Assembly: GCA_019358915.1 (NCBI GenBank)
Contig: JAHHIM010000043.1
Span: 1 to 32,000 of the forward strand
Direction: 5' to 3'
DNA length: 32,000 nt
From: Trichormus sp. ATA11-4-KO1
GTDB lineage: Bacteria; Cyanobacteriota; Cyanobacteriia; Cyanobacteriales; Nostocaceae
Numbering within the stretch: the first letter of the stretch is position 1; the number at the start of each line of letters is the position of its first letter. Positions 18,164 through 26,141 of the stretch are shown here, in pieces. The notes below the pieces were generated by a model, which worked only from the letters and a program-made list of their open reading frames with translations, did no database searches and had not been told where the DNA came from. The translations under genes were made by a program, and so were the position numbers.

Positions 18164-18487
18164 AGGAGTCAGGAGTCAGAGTTCAGGAGTCAGAATTCAG
18201 GAGTCAGTATGAATGAAAATTCAAAATTCAAAATAAATGGTGAAAAACCGAACCAGATATATAACTTAGTAACCTTTTCAGATAGAGCGTTTGATTTCTG
18301 AATTATCAAAGCAGAATACATGCGTCAGTCGCCAGAATTCGGAATTTAATTCTGTGCGAGTGGCGAATGAATAAACGGGTTTAAGACCCCGCTAAATTTT
18401 TAATTTAGCGGTCTACAATTAGTGATGGGTCTGAATCCCCCACTAATTGATTCTGACTCCTGACTCCTGACTCCTGTATTCTTCTTC
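18164..18487. mobile_element. Nested AGGAGTC heptamer-flanked MITE-like element
   Basis: Left (AGGAGTC)n arm, internal TTCAAAA pair, right (TGACTCC)n arm ending TATTCTTCTTC; 18325-18487 homologous to 5577-5749. Confidence 0.75.
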
Positions 18488-18513
18488 AAGTTTCATACAA
18501 CATTTAGTACAAA

Positions 18514-19332
18514 ATGGGTAAAAAAAGAATGACAGACAACTCAAATAAACAGTCCGAAACTTACAGTCGCAGATTAGTAATTGTGACTGGTGACAAAGGA
18601 GGCGTGGGAAAAAGTACCTTTGCTAGAGGTTTATTACAAACCTACTTAGATACGCAGCAACAGTTCGTAGCCTTTGATGCTGATACGTCAAATCCACAAA
18701 TCAAAAGATTTTATGAGAAGGAATGCACGGTTTTACCTCTTGATATCTTCAAGAGGGGGCAAGCCGACATCTTTCTAGATCGGTTGAAAAACTTGATAGA
18801 TCCTCCCAAACAAGAAGGACAGGAAAATGCTGAACCGGGTAAATCTCTATTCTTACTTGAGTTACCACCCCAGTCGATTCAGTTTTTTCGCTCATTTGAG
18901 TATGAAATGGGATTCTTTGAAATGGTAGGCAAAGACCTTGACCTACGAGTAACGATGGCAGCAGTGATTAATAGAACAAAAGATTCGGTTAATCAACTCT
19001 CGCATTTACGTGATTTTTGTGGAAATAATGTTGATTATGTTGTGATAAAAAACCTATTTTTTGGTGATGAAGAAAGCTTTGAGCGATATGACAATTCTTC
19101 ATTAGTCACAGAACTAAAAGAACTTAAAGCTCCAATACCAGAAATCTATATGCCTGACTTGATAGCACACGCATACGACTATTTAGATGAAAACAATTAT
19201 TCATATGCTATGGGAATTACACAAACAGAAAAGCTTTCTGTAAAAGGTAGAGTCAGCAAGTGGATGGAAAATTTCAAGAACTCAATTAGGCCAGTGAAAA
19301 ACTTGTTGGGATTAGAAAATGTCTCCCTGTAA
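18514..19332 (+). CDS. MinD/ParA-superfamily P-loop NTPase (TraL/MobD-like mobilisation accessory)
   Basis: Deviant Walker A GDKGGVGKST, FDADTSN, YVVIKNLFFG. Confidence 0.8.
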   Translation: MGKKRMTDNSNKQSETYSRRLVIVTGDKGGVGKSTFARGLLQTYLDTQQQFVAFDADTSNPQIKRFYEKECTVLPLDIFKRGQADIFLDRLKNLIDPPKQEGQENAEPGKSLFLLELPPQSIQFFRSFEYEMGFFEMVGKDLDLRVTMAAVINRTKDSVNQLSHLRDFCGNNVDYVVIKNLFFGDEESFERYDNSSLVTELKELKAPIPEIYMPDLIAHAYDYLDENNYSYAMGITQTEKLSVKGRVSKWMENFKNSIRPVKNLLGLENVSL

Positions 19333-20056
19333 GCGTCTAATTATGACCGTAGGTGATTCTCGCGTAGGAAAGTCTACGGTGATTCGGCTGTTAATTGATT
19401 TTTTCTGCTCTCAAGGAAAGCGAATCAGAGCCTATGACCACGACAATCGCCGCAAATTAGATTCCTACAAATATTTAATCCCTGTTGAGAGTATCAATTT
19501 TAACGGAGGTACTGACCAGATACTCGAAGAAATCAAGAATGGCTACGATGCGATCGCCATTGATATGCCAGGACAGCAGATAGATAGAATCTGCGAGTAC
19601 ATGGATAATGTCAACCTTTTCAAAGTTTTGACTGAAGTTGGCTGGCGGCTAACTTTTGTACAACCAATTTCTCATAGATTAGACTGTCTTGAATATCTGG
19701 AACAGCTTTTAGCTTTTGCAGAGAACAAGGCTGATTATGTTGTGGTAAAAAACCAACACTTTGACCAAAAATTTCAGCTATATCAAAATTCCAGTTATTC
19801 CCAATTAATGACTTTGAGTGGTACAGACATTGTTCTTGATGGGCTAAATAAATATAGCTATGAAGCAATAGAAAGGGCATCCTGCCCATACTCACAAGCT
19901 ATTTCCTCTATTAGTATTTATTCTGTGTATAGAGCTTACGTTTACAAATGGATTAAAAATTTCCACCAATCAATTTTAAATAATTCTATCGCTCAAAGAC
20001 ATTTAGGACTTTTACAAATAAATCAGGAGCAAGAGCAAAGGCATGACCTTTTTTGA
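19319..20056 (+). CDS. Second, diverged TraL/MobD-like P-loop NTPase paralogue
   Basis: GDSRVGKST, YDHD, IDMPG, YVVVKNQHF; overlaps the preceding gene. Confidence 0.75.
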   Translation: MSPCKRLIMTVGDSRVGKSTVIRLLIDFFCSQGKRIRAYDHDNRRKLDSYKYLIPVESINFNGGTDQILEEIKNGYDAIAIDMPGQQIDRICEYMDNVNLFKVLTEVGWRLTFVQPISHRLDCLEYLEQLLAFAENKADYVVVKNQHFDQKFQLYQNSSYSQLMTLSGTDIVLDGLNKYSYEAIERASCPYSQAISSISIYSVYRAYVYKWIKNFHQSILNNSIAQRHLGLLQINQEQEQRHDLF

Positions 20057-20148
20057 ATTCAAAATGCAAAATGCAAAATGAAGAAGAAATAATGCGCGAA
20101 TTTTGAATTGATAATTTTGAATTTTGAATTGGAGCGAAGCGACATGAC
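20044..20148 (+). mobile_element. Short copy of the TGAC-targeting TTCAAAA element
   Basis: (CA)TGAC duplicated at 20042-20047 and 20143-20148; left end CTTTTTTGAATTCAAAATGC, right end TAATTTTGAATTTTGAATTGGAGCGAAGCGA. Confidence 0.8.
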
Positions 20149-20755
20149 GATTTCTAAATATTCTGAAGCAGAAAAGGAAAGAATACGAGAACTTTCAGAG
20201 GAAATAGGATTTGACCCCAATGACCCGATGTTCCAAATTATGAGCATCTTGGGTAATTTTGAGGAGATGATGATTCAATTTCCTGCTCAGATGGAAGCCT
20301 TGATGGAAGCCGGGGCACTGATGATGGATAAAAAACTAGAATCAGCATCCAAAGCCGCAGAGGTGATGCAACACGCAATCATTACCTCTGCCGTTAAAGA
20401 AAGTATTAAAGAAGAAATCCCTCGGCTGAAACCGACAATTTCTCTGCCTGTGGAAGCACCGCAGATTGGTAAAGTCAAACTGGGGGTGTGGTCTATTGGT
20501 AGTATTCTTGGCGGCATGATAGCCTTAGGGGCTTTACTCGGTTCTGCCACTACTTGGAATGTCATTGCTAATTACGTGGCAGATCCCACCACTGGAGTTA
20601 CAGCCAACGATCTGAAAACTTTACAATGGGCGAAATCACCAGAGGGAAATCTTGCAAGGCAAATATTGACTGATAACAAAACCACAATTGATGTTTGTCG
20701 GCGAGAAGATCGCTTACAAGGTCACTGCTTAGTTAAAATCAGAAAGTCCAACTGA
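20144..20755 (+). CDS. Single-TM plasmid protein (DUF6753 / TraM-MobE-like)
   Basis: ATG 20144; GFDPNDPMF motif, helical region, one TM, LQWAKSPEGNLAR; follows the P-loop pair. Confidence 0.6.
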   Translation: MTISKYSEAEKERIRELSEEIGFDPNDPMFQIMSILGNFEEMMIQFPAQMEALMEAGALMMDKKLESASKAAEVMQHAIITSAVKESIKEEIPRLKPTISLPVEAPQIGKVKLGVWSIGSILGGMIALGALLGSATTWNVIANYVADPTTGVTANDLKTLQWAKSPEGNLARQILTDNKTTIDVCRREDRLQGHCLVKIRKSN

Positions 20756-20766
20756 CTTGTAAACTA

Positions 20767-21003
20767 ATGCATGACTTTAAAAATACGCTAGATCAAGTTG
20801 AGAATATTATAGCAATTGCCATATTCCTTTGCTTAATCATCGTAGCGCTTGCTAAGTTTGAAATTGATATTTTGGAAACAGTTTTTTACCTGGTACTCGC
20901 AGCGATTATATCTCCCTTTACAAAAATAAATAGACCAGCAAAACGTTTATTGCTGGTCTTTGGCTTTATTTGGGGTGTTTTGTTGGGTTATTTTACAAAA
21001 TAA
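20767..21003 (+). CDS. Small hydrophobic membrane protein
   Basis: 78 aa, three hydrophobic segments, 11 bp after the previous stop. Confidence 0.6.
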   Translation: MHDFKNTLDQVENIIAIAIFLCLIIVALAKFEIDILETVFYLVLAAIISPFTKINRPAKRLLLVFGFIWGVLLGYFTK

Positions 21004-21303
21004 GGAAGAAGTTAGGAGGAAGAAGGAAGAAGGAAGAAGGAATAGCTAATAAAACAGGAGTCAGAATACAGAACTCAGAATTCAGAATACTCTACCCATA
21101 AAGGGATAGAGTTTTAAGGCGAGAATATTTTAATTTTTTTTCGCCCACAATTCCACTCGGTTTTAACCGATATTCATCACCCACTCGTACAAAATTCATA
21201 CTGAATTCTGACTCCTGAGTTCTGAATTCTTCTTATAAAAACTTTAGTTGTGGGTTTAAAGCCCACTTTTTTAAATGTGGGTCTCTTCTTCTTTCTTCCT
21301 TCG
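21002..21303. mobile_element. Nested element: outer GAAGAAG/CTTCTTC arms, inner AGGAGTC/TTCTGAC arms
   Basis: Outer AAGGAAGAAG...CTTCTTCTTTCTTCCTT; inner CAGGAGTCAGAA (~21056) ... TTCTGACTCCTGAGTTCTGAATTCTTC (~21232); hairpins at 21250-21281. Confidence 0.7.
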
Positions 21304-21317
21304 TGAATTAACAAATT

Positions 21318-23318
21318 TCACAGTTCTTGCCCCGGCTGCTTACGCCTCTGTTGTGACTGCTGTTTTTTCCTGGCACATAGCGTATCATTCCAATCTTTAC
21401 CTTTGGGTTTAACCCTGATGGCATGATGTAACTGTTCCATGATCATTCGTGCCGTTTCATCCCCGGCATGGTCATTGTCATAGGCCACTTCCACTGCGGG
21501 AACAGTGTTGAGAAATTCCACAGGCAGACTTTTGGGACTATCTACTGCCATGTACATTGTCCTGGCTAATGGCAGCCCTTGCTGGATTTCCAGTTCAAGC
21601 GTTGCCAATGATAATGCCTCAATGGGGGACTTACACAATACTGCCCTTTGAATTTTGTCTTGTGGTTGACCACTTAAACAAAAGTAAAACCACCCATCAG
21701 TACGCTTGGTTCCTCTCTCATATCCTTTAAAGGTGTTATCAAGAAAGGCAGAGGGCAGAGGGCAGGAGGCAGAAGGAATACTGTCCTCTGTTCTCTGCTG
21801 CGACCACAGTCCTGCCGGGTTTAAGACCCCCACAGTCCTGCCGTTCAGTGGCTCCAAATCAGGAGGGGTGGAATTTCCTCCTGATTTGTTCCTTCTGCCC
21901 TCTGCCGAATGCCTTCTGCCTTCTTCAACTTCCCCTCGTGTCCCTCGTAAAAATGCACCTGTGGTTTCACCGTTCAAATCTCGCATCAAGAACACAGTGT
22001 TCTGTTGCTCGTCAGCATAGACAAACCCCCGCTCATGAAGGGCTTGCACAAAATTTGGTAGTAATCCCCGTTTTTGTGTGAGGTAATTTTGAACCGCTTG
22101 CCAATGGACTTGCTCCTTAACTGGTGCTACAAACTGAGGCTTTGGCTCCACCTGGGCAATTTTCTGAGCTTGTTCTCTGGCATGATGAGTTACAGACCGT
22201 TGCATCCCCACTTCACCAAATCGTTCATTTAGCCAGGCGATCGCTTGCCGATAATTACACTCATTAACGTGCATCACCAAGTCAATTGCACCGCCGCAGC
22301 CCTTTTGGACATTGGGATGAAAGTCGTAAAACTTGGAGCCATCTATCTTCATGATGTGACCGTGACCTCTCCATCTCTTCGACTGGTCACGGTCACGGTC
22401 TAGCCCCAACTGCCATGCTACATCCTCCAGGGGCAAATCCCGTAGTTGTTCGGCTTGCTGTTTCCATAGCAAATTCTCTTTTTCTTGCTCCAGTAAGCGC
22501 CGACCTAAATGCTGGCGGAGTTTTTCTGATGCGATCGCTTTTTGTGATGCCCGTTTCTCTAACTCAATCATTCGTCGGCGATCTGCTAATTGATGATCAA
22601 GGTCGAGTATGCGTTTGTCATTCTTGATCCGGTCAAGTAATTGTTGGGCTGTTTCCCCAGGTAGCGGTGCGAATCGCTCTAGTTCTAAACTTAAAGGTTT
22701 ACTGTTGACTGCCTGATAATATTCTTTAACTTTGGTGTGCGTGGCATTGCTACCTTTAATACCCCGTTCAATGCCCAATGATGCAAGTGCTTGTGCATAA
22801 CTATCTTGCAGCTTCGATAACTTAATTCTTCCTTGTCCCTGACTACCACCGAACATCTCTTTATAGCTCAGTCGTTTGGTTTTTTCGTTGACAGGAACCA
22901 CATAAGCGTGGATATGAGGAGTCGCTTCATCCAAGTGCAATTCTGCCCTAACGCACTTATCGCCGTAATTCTCCAGCAACCAGTTTTTAGAAGCATTGGC
23001 AAAGTCTAACATCCGTTGATTATCCCACTCGCCTGCTCTTGAGGGGTCATGAGGGCGAAAGTATTCTGGTGATGCCGAGAGAAATATTTCACTACACAGT
23101 ACTGAGTCTTTCCTAGGCTTGTATTTTGTCTGGGATGTGATTTTGTCTTTCACCACCTCTAACAGCGATCGCTCGTCACACTCCCCAATGAGCCGGATGT
23201 TTTCTTTAGCTGGGTCAGCATTGGGAGTATCTTGAAGTCGGGCAGTATGTTTCTCACTGCCACCGATGTTGCCAAAGGACTTTAATTTCTCAACGCGCAG
23301 AATTGCCAGCGCTACCAT
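21318..23318 (-). CDS. mobV: MOBV (Pre/Mob) relaxase with C-terminal DUF3991/Toprim-like domains
   Basis: AILRVEKLK...EKHTAR, EIFLSASPEYF, LHLDEATPHIHAYVVP (HUH), LQDSYA...LGIERG; C-terminal YLTQKRGL, VAYDNDHAG, KDWND. Confidence 0.92.
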   Translation of the reverse strand: MVALAILRVEKLKSFGNIGGSEKHTARLQDTPNADPAKENIRLIGECDERSLLEVVKDKITSQTKYKPRKDSVLCSEIFLSASPEYFRPHDPSRAGEWDNQRMLDFANASKNWLLENYGDKCVRAELHLDEATPHIHAYVVPVNEKTKRLSYKEMFGGSQGQGRIKLSKLQDSYAQALASLGIERGIKGSNATHTKVKEYYQAVNSKPLSLELERFAPLPGETAQQLLDRIKNDKRILDLDHQLADRRRMIELEKRASQKAIASEKLRQHLGRRLLEQEKENLLWKQQAEQLRDLPLEDVAWQLGLDRDRDQSKRWRGHGHIMKIDGSKFYDFHPNVQKGCGGAIDLVMHVNECNYRQAIAWLNERFGEVGMQRSVTHHAREQAQKIAQVEPKPQFVAPVKEQVHWQAVQNYLTQKRGLLPNFVQALHERGFVYADEQQNTVFLMRDLNGETTGAFLRGTRGEVEEGRRHSAEGRRNKSGGNSTPPDLEPLNGRTVGVLNPAGLWSQQRTEDSIPSASCPLPSAFLDNTFKGYERGTKRTDGWFYFCLSGQPQDKIQRAVLCKSPIEALSLATLELEIQQGLPLARTMYMAVDSPKSLPVEFLNTVPAVEVAYDNDHAGDETARMIMEQLHHAIRVKPKGKDWNDTLCARKKQQSQQRRKQPGQEL
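21741..21929. mobile_element. 189-bp GGCAGAG/CTGCCTT-flanked element inserted in frame in the relaxase gene
   Basis: Arms AAGAAAGGCAGAGGGCAGAGGGCAG ... CTGCCCTCTGCCGAATGCCTTCTGCCTTCTT; adds 63 codons between GTRGE and DNTFKGY. Confidence 0.8.
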
Positions 23319-23345
23319 ATTTTTTAAAACGCGACTATCTAAGTC

Positions 23346-23459
23346 TTACTTTCGTGCCCCCGGCAGGGCGAACTACTTTTGTGTCTCGAACGCAGTGAGA
23401 GATGCCGTAGGCACCCCGCAGGGGCACGAAAGTAAAGTGAGTATACCATCATGGTACTC
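23346..23459 (+). other. Putative oriT (MOBV/RSA type)
   Basis: Perfect 15-bp inverted repeat TTACTTTCGTGCCCC (23346-23360)/GGGGCACGAAAGTAA (23421-23435) running into AAAGTAAAGTGAGTATAC, similar to the pBBR1 oriT core AAAGTCTAGTGAGTATAC as recalled; just upstream of the relaxase start. Confidence 0.75.
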
Positions 23460-23479
23460 TACCCGAAATCTCTCTTTTA

Positions 23480-23612
23480 CCCGCCACCGCTACACCCCAT
23501 TTACACCACATTTACACCCCTTGCTTTTTTTAGTTCTAACTCGATTTTTTGGCTTTTCACACCACGTCTACACCCCCTTTACACCACACTAAAACCACTT
23601 TTAACCCCTAGT
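23480..23612 (+). promoter_or_regulatory. parC-like centromere/operator: two blocks of 11-bp direct repeats
   Basis: Units TACACC(C/A)C(A/T)TT-like at 23491, 23502, 23513 and at 23558, 23569, 23580, 23591, 23602, directly upstream of the parR-like/parM genes. Confidence 0.7.
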
Positions 23613-23657
23613 ATTTTTTTAGTGTGTTTTAATACGAATATACTTAGATTTCAGATC

Positions 23658-24098
23658 ATGAGAAAACAACGAAATAAAAATGTTGAACTTCCAAGGTTCA
23701 AACGGAGTACCTCAAATTGGGAAGGCAAAGTCATTGAATACTTATTGGCTTATCCTGGAAAAACTGCTGTTGAGCTAACTGGGGAAGCCCTTACTTCTTA
23801 CTGGTTGGTTGAGGCTTTGGAGGGCAAGGTTAGTGATGAAGAATTTCAAAAAGCTTGCCGTGCTGCTGCCGAAAATCTCTCGAAAAAGTTGGCTTCTATC
23901 CAACAAATGTCTAATTTGAATACAATTACATCAGTACCCTCTTTTACACCACCAGTTTCGCCAACAACTCAACCAGTGGTTACACAAGTTCCTCAAAATG
24001 AAGAAGATGAAAATGAAGATGATGAGGACGACTGGGATATGAATCTTCAACCCACTGCCGACATGATTGCAGCTAATCAAATATTTAAAAAGGAATAA
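23658..24098 (+). CDS. Candidate ParR-like adaptor
   Basis: ATG 23658 (the longer track ORF crosses the iterons); 146 aa with basic N-terminus, helical core, acidic disordered tail; 1 bp before parM. Confidence 0.55.
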   Translation: MRKQRNKNVELPRFKRSTSNWEGKVIEYLLAYPGKTAVELTGEALTSYWLVEALEGKVSDEEFQKACRAAAENLSKKLASIQQMSNLNTITSVPSFTPPVSPTTQPVVTQVPQNEEDENEDDEDDWDMNLQPTADMIAANQIFKKE

Positions 24099-24099
24099 A

Positions 24100-25323
24100 A
24101 TGACTGCTAATAACCAATCTGATGCAATAAAGCTGGTTTTGACTTGTGATTTGGGGGCAAGTCTTAATAAGATAATCGCTCAAATATATCCTGATGCTGT
24201 GCCGCAGGTTATTACCATGAGTCCAGAAGTAGCAGATGTAGAAAAGGAGTCCGTTAAAGGACTTGCTGTTGATGCTGCTTCTCAGGACGCAGCTTGGGTG
24301 GGAATAGGCTCCGAATACTACGTTTTGGGGAGTCTGGCTAAATCTATCTTTGGTGGTACATCTGCTATTCGGGATTTGAAGTATCAGTATGCGTTACCTA
24401 AGCTAGCTGGGTTATTATGGTTGACCTGTCAACATTTCAAGTTAAAAGAGGCTGATATTTTTGTACATTTACTGCTGCCATCCGGTGAGTACAAAGATGG
24501 TAAAACTTTAGGGAAGCAGTTGTCTGTGGCTCTCAAGCAAGGAATCATTACACCAACTGGTAAATTAAAACTCAAGCAGCGCAATTTCCATGTTTCTTTG
24601 GAAGGTGCTGGTGTTTTTTCTCATCGTCGGCGCACTTTGGATAATGCTTATTATCGTCAGAGCATTGGAATGCTGATGTTAGGTTATCGCAATGCCAGCT
24701 TGACTGTGGTTAAAGGTGGTAACCACATCAAAGCTGAATCCACAGATTGGGGGATGAATTGGTTAGTTCAACGGTTTGTTGATCATACTGCTGTTGGTTT
24801 GTCTAAAGACGATTTACGTGTACCAAAAGCTTTGGTAGAAGCAAGCTTAGGTAATTGTGAGCTACTCCGTTCTCTATCACGAAAAACTAAATCTGCTGAT
24901 ATAGAGTCTGACCTGGCGTTATTTCAACAGTCTTTAAATCTTGTGCGTCGGGAGTATTGCCGCGCTTTGTTACGGTGGATTAGAAATATCGCATCTGTCG
25001 ATGAAGTTCTTATTTGTGGTGGCACTGGTGAATTTGTTCGTCAAGAACTGAGTAAATATTTTGAACAAGAAGGAATACCCATTGTTTGGAATGGTGGGGT
25101 GAACATTCCCACAGTTCTAGATACTGATAAATTGGGTAGTAGATTGGCTGATGTCTGGGCTTCACACATTAACCACATTGAGATGTTGGATCAGCATTTC
25201 AGTTATGATCGTCAGCAGCCACTAGTTTCAGAGCCTCAACCCCAACCCCAAAAAATAGTTGAACTTGCTTCTGCCAAATCTGACCCTTGGAAAGGCTATT
25301 TACCGATGAAGGAAGGCCTATGA
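24100..25323 (+). CDS. parM: ParM/StbA actin-like plasmid segregation protein
   Basis: Phosphate-1 DLGASLNK, LLLPSGEY, connect-1 LEGAG, phosphate-2 MLGYRNAS, adenosine ICGGTG. Confidence 0.88.
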   Translation: MTANNQSDAIKLVLTCDLGASLNKIIAQIYPDAVPQVITMSPEVADVEKESVKGLAVDAASQDAAWVGIGSEYYVLGSLAKSIFGGTSAIRDLKYQYALPKLAGLLWLTCQHFKLKEADIFVHLLLPSGEYKDGKTLGKQLSVALKQGIITPTGKLKLKQRNFHVSLEGAGVFSHRRRTLDNAYYRQSIGMLMLGYRNASLTVVKGGNHIKAESTDWGMNWLVQRFVDHTAVGLSKDDLRVPKALVEASLGNCELLRSLSRKTKSADIESDLALFQQSLNLVRREYCRALLRWIRNIASVDEVLICGGTGEFVRQELSKYFEQEGIPIVWNGGVNIPTVLDTDKLGSRLADVWASHINHIEMLDQHFSYDRQQPLVSEPQPQPQKIVELASAKSDPWKGYLPMKEGL

Positions 25324-25694
25324 GCATTACCCAAAAGCTGACAGAGTTTGCCGAACAACAGAATTTCGATGTTAGGTCATCTGAAATTTATGACGGGGTT
25401 TGGCAAGATGCAGCGATTACCAATATTCCCGAAACTACCCTCAAAGAGGGCGATCGCTTGCTGTCGCTCCTCAAAGATAGTGAGGCTTCACCAGAATTTA
25501 TCATCAGTTTCCTCGCATATTCCTATCAAAAAGGAATGCCGCTTTACTTGATGGAACATATCTTGAATAGCGACCTCGATGGTGATGGTAGAACCTTATC
25601 TCAAGAGTATTTTCAGGATGGTACAGACCCTTTAGCAATAGATCCTTGTAGAAAACAAGCACAAAAATCAAGACAAATTGAATTGGAGCTATGA
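25320..25694 (+). CDS. Hypothetical protein with DxDxDG Ca-binding-like motif
   Basis: ATGA overlap with parM; SDLDGDGRTLSQEYFQDGTDPL; tail RKQAQKSRQIELEL. Confidence 0.7.
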   Translation: MSITQKLTEFAEQQNFDVRSSEIYDGVWQDAAITNIPETTLKEGDRLLSLLKDSEASPEFIISFLAYSYQKGMPLYLMEHILNSDLDGDGRTLSQEYFQDGTDPLAIDPCRKQAQKSRQIELEL

Positions 25695-25724
25695 CTTTTT
25701 GCAGTAGTCACTAACAAAAAGTCA
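25692..25724. other. 10-bp inverted repeat at the end of the par operon
   Basis: TGACTTTTTG-N13-CAAAAAGTCA. Confidence 0.4.
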
Positions 25725-25763
25725 CGCAAGATATGTGTTTTAGTTGGATGTAATGCCAAATGA

Positions 25764-25795
25764 AAGTACGTAAAATCTTTTACGTACTTCTTTTT
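25764..25795 (+). terminator. Possible intrinsic terminator or operator palindrome
   Basis: AAGTACGTAAAA-TC-TTTTACGTACTT followed by CTTTTT. Confidence 0.45.
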
Positions 25796-25805
25796 GTGAT
25801 TGAAG

Positions 25806-26141
25806 ATGCTTGCTCCTTGGGATGAAACTGATTTATATAACCCTGAACATCGAAAAGAAAAACTGGAAATTCTCCTTTGCCAAAAAGCACAACAAGGAGA
25901 TGATGTGTCTTCACTGATTGAGGCTTTAGGCTATTTCAAGAATACACAGAATGAACAACAGTGGCAAAAAATAGTAAGAAGACAAACCCAAGAACAACTA
26001 ACATTTGATTCATTACAAAGAATACTCATTACTGCTTTTGCTGTTTTAGGTGTAATTTGTTTCTTCGATAAAGTATTAAATCCTACAGAATCAATAACTA
26101 ACAGAAATAATCCGACTCAATCTATTGAAAAGCAGCACTAG
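25806..26141 (+). CDS. Small single-TM hypothetical protein
   Basis: 111 aa, hydrophobic ILITAFAVLGVICFF segment. Confidence 0.6.
   Translation: MLAPWDETDLYNPEHRKEKLEILLCQKAQQGDDVSSLIEALGYFKNTQNEQQWQKIVRRQTQEQLTFDSLQRILITAFAVLGVICFFDKVLNPTESITNRNNPTQSIEKQH

Noticed and set aside
18377..18449. tRNA gene suggested by T-arm-like hairpins
   Set aside because: No acceptor stem, D-arm or anticodon arm can be built; kept only as a motif observation.
18514..19332. ParA of a ParABS system
   Set aside because: No parB nearby, motifs fit TraL/MobD-like accessory NTPases better, and a ParM system is present.
21741..21929. Intein or self-splicing intron in the relaxase
   Set aside because: No Cys/Ser start or His-Asn end and too short for a group I/II intron; its ends match intergenic repeat arms.
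23480..23612. Replication-origin iterons
   Set aside because: No recognisable Rep gene adjacent; position before the parR-like/parM genes favours parC, though this is not excluded.
23451..23657. N-terminal extension of ORF 23451..24098 and ORF 23266..23592
   Set aside because: They read through oriT and the 11-bp iterons; ATG 23658 is the plausible start.
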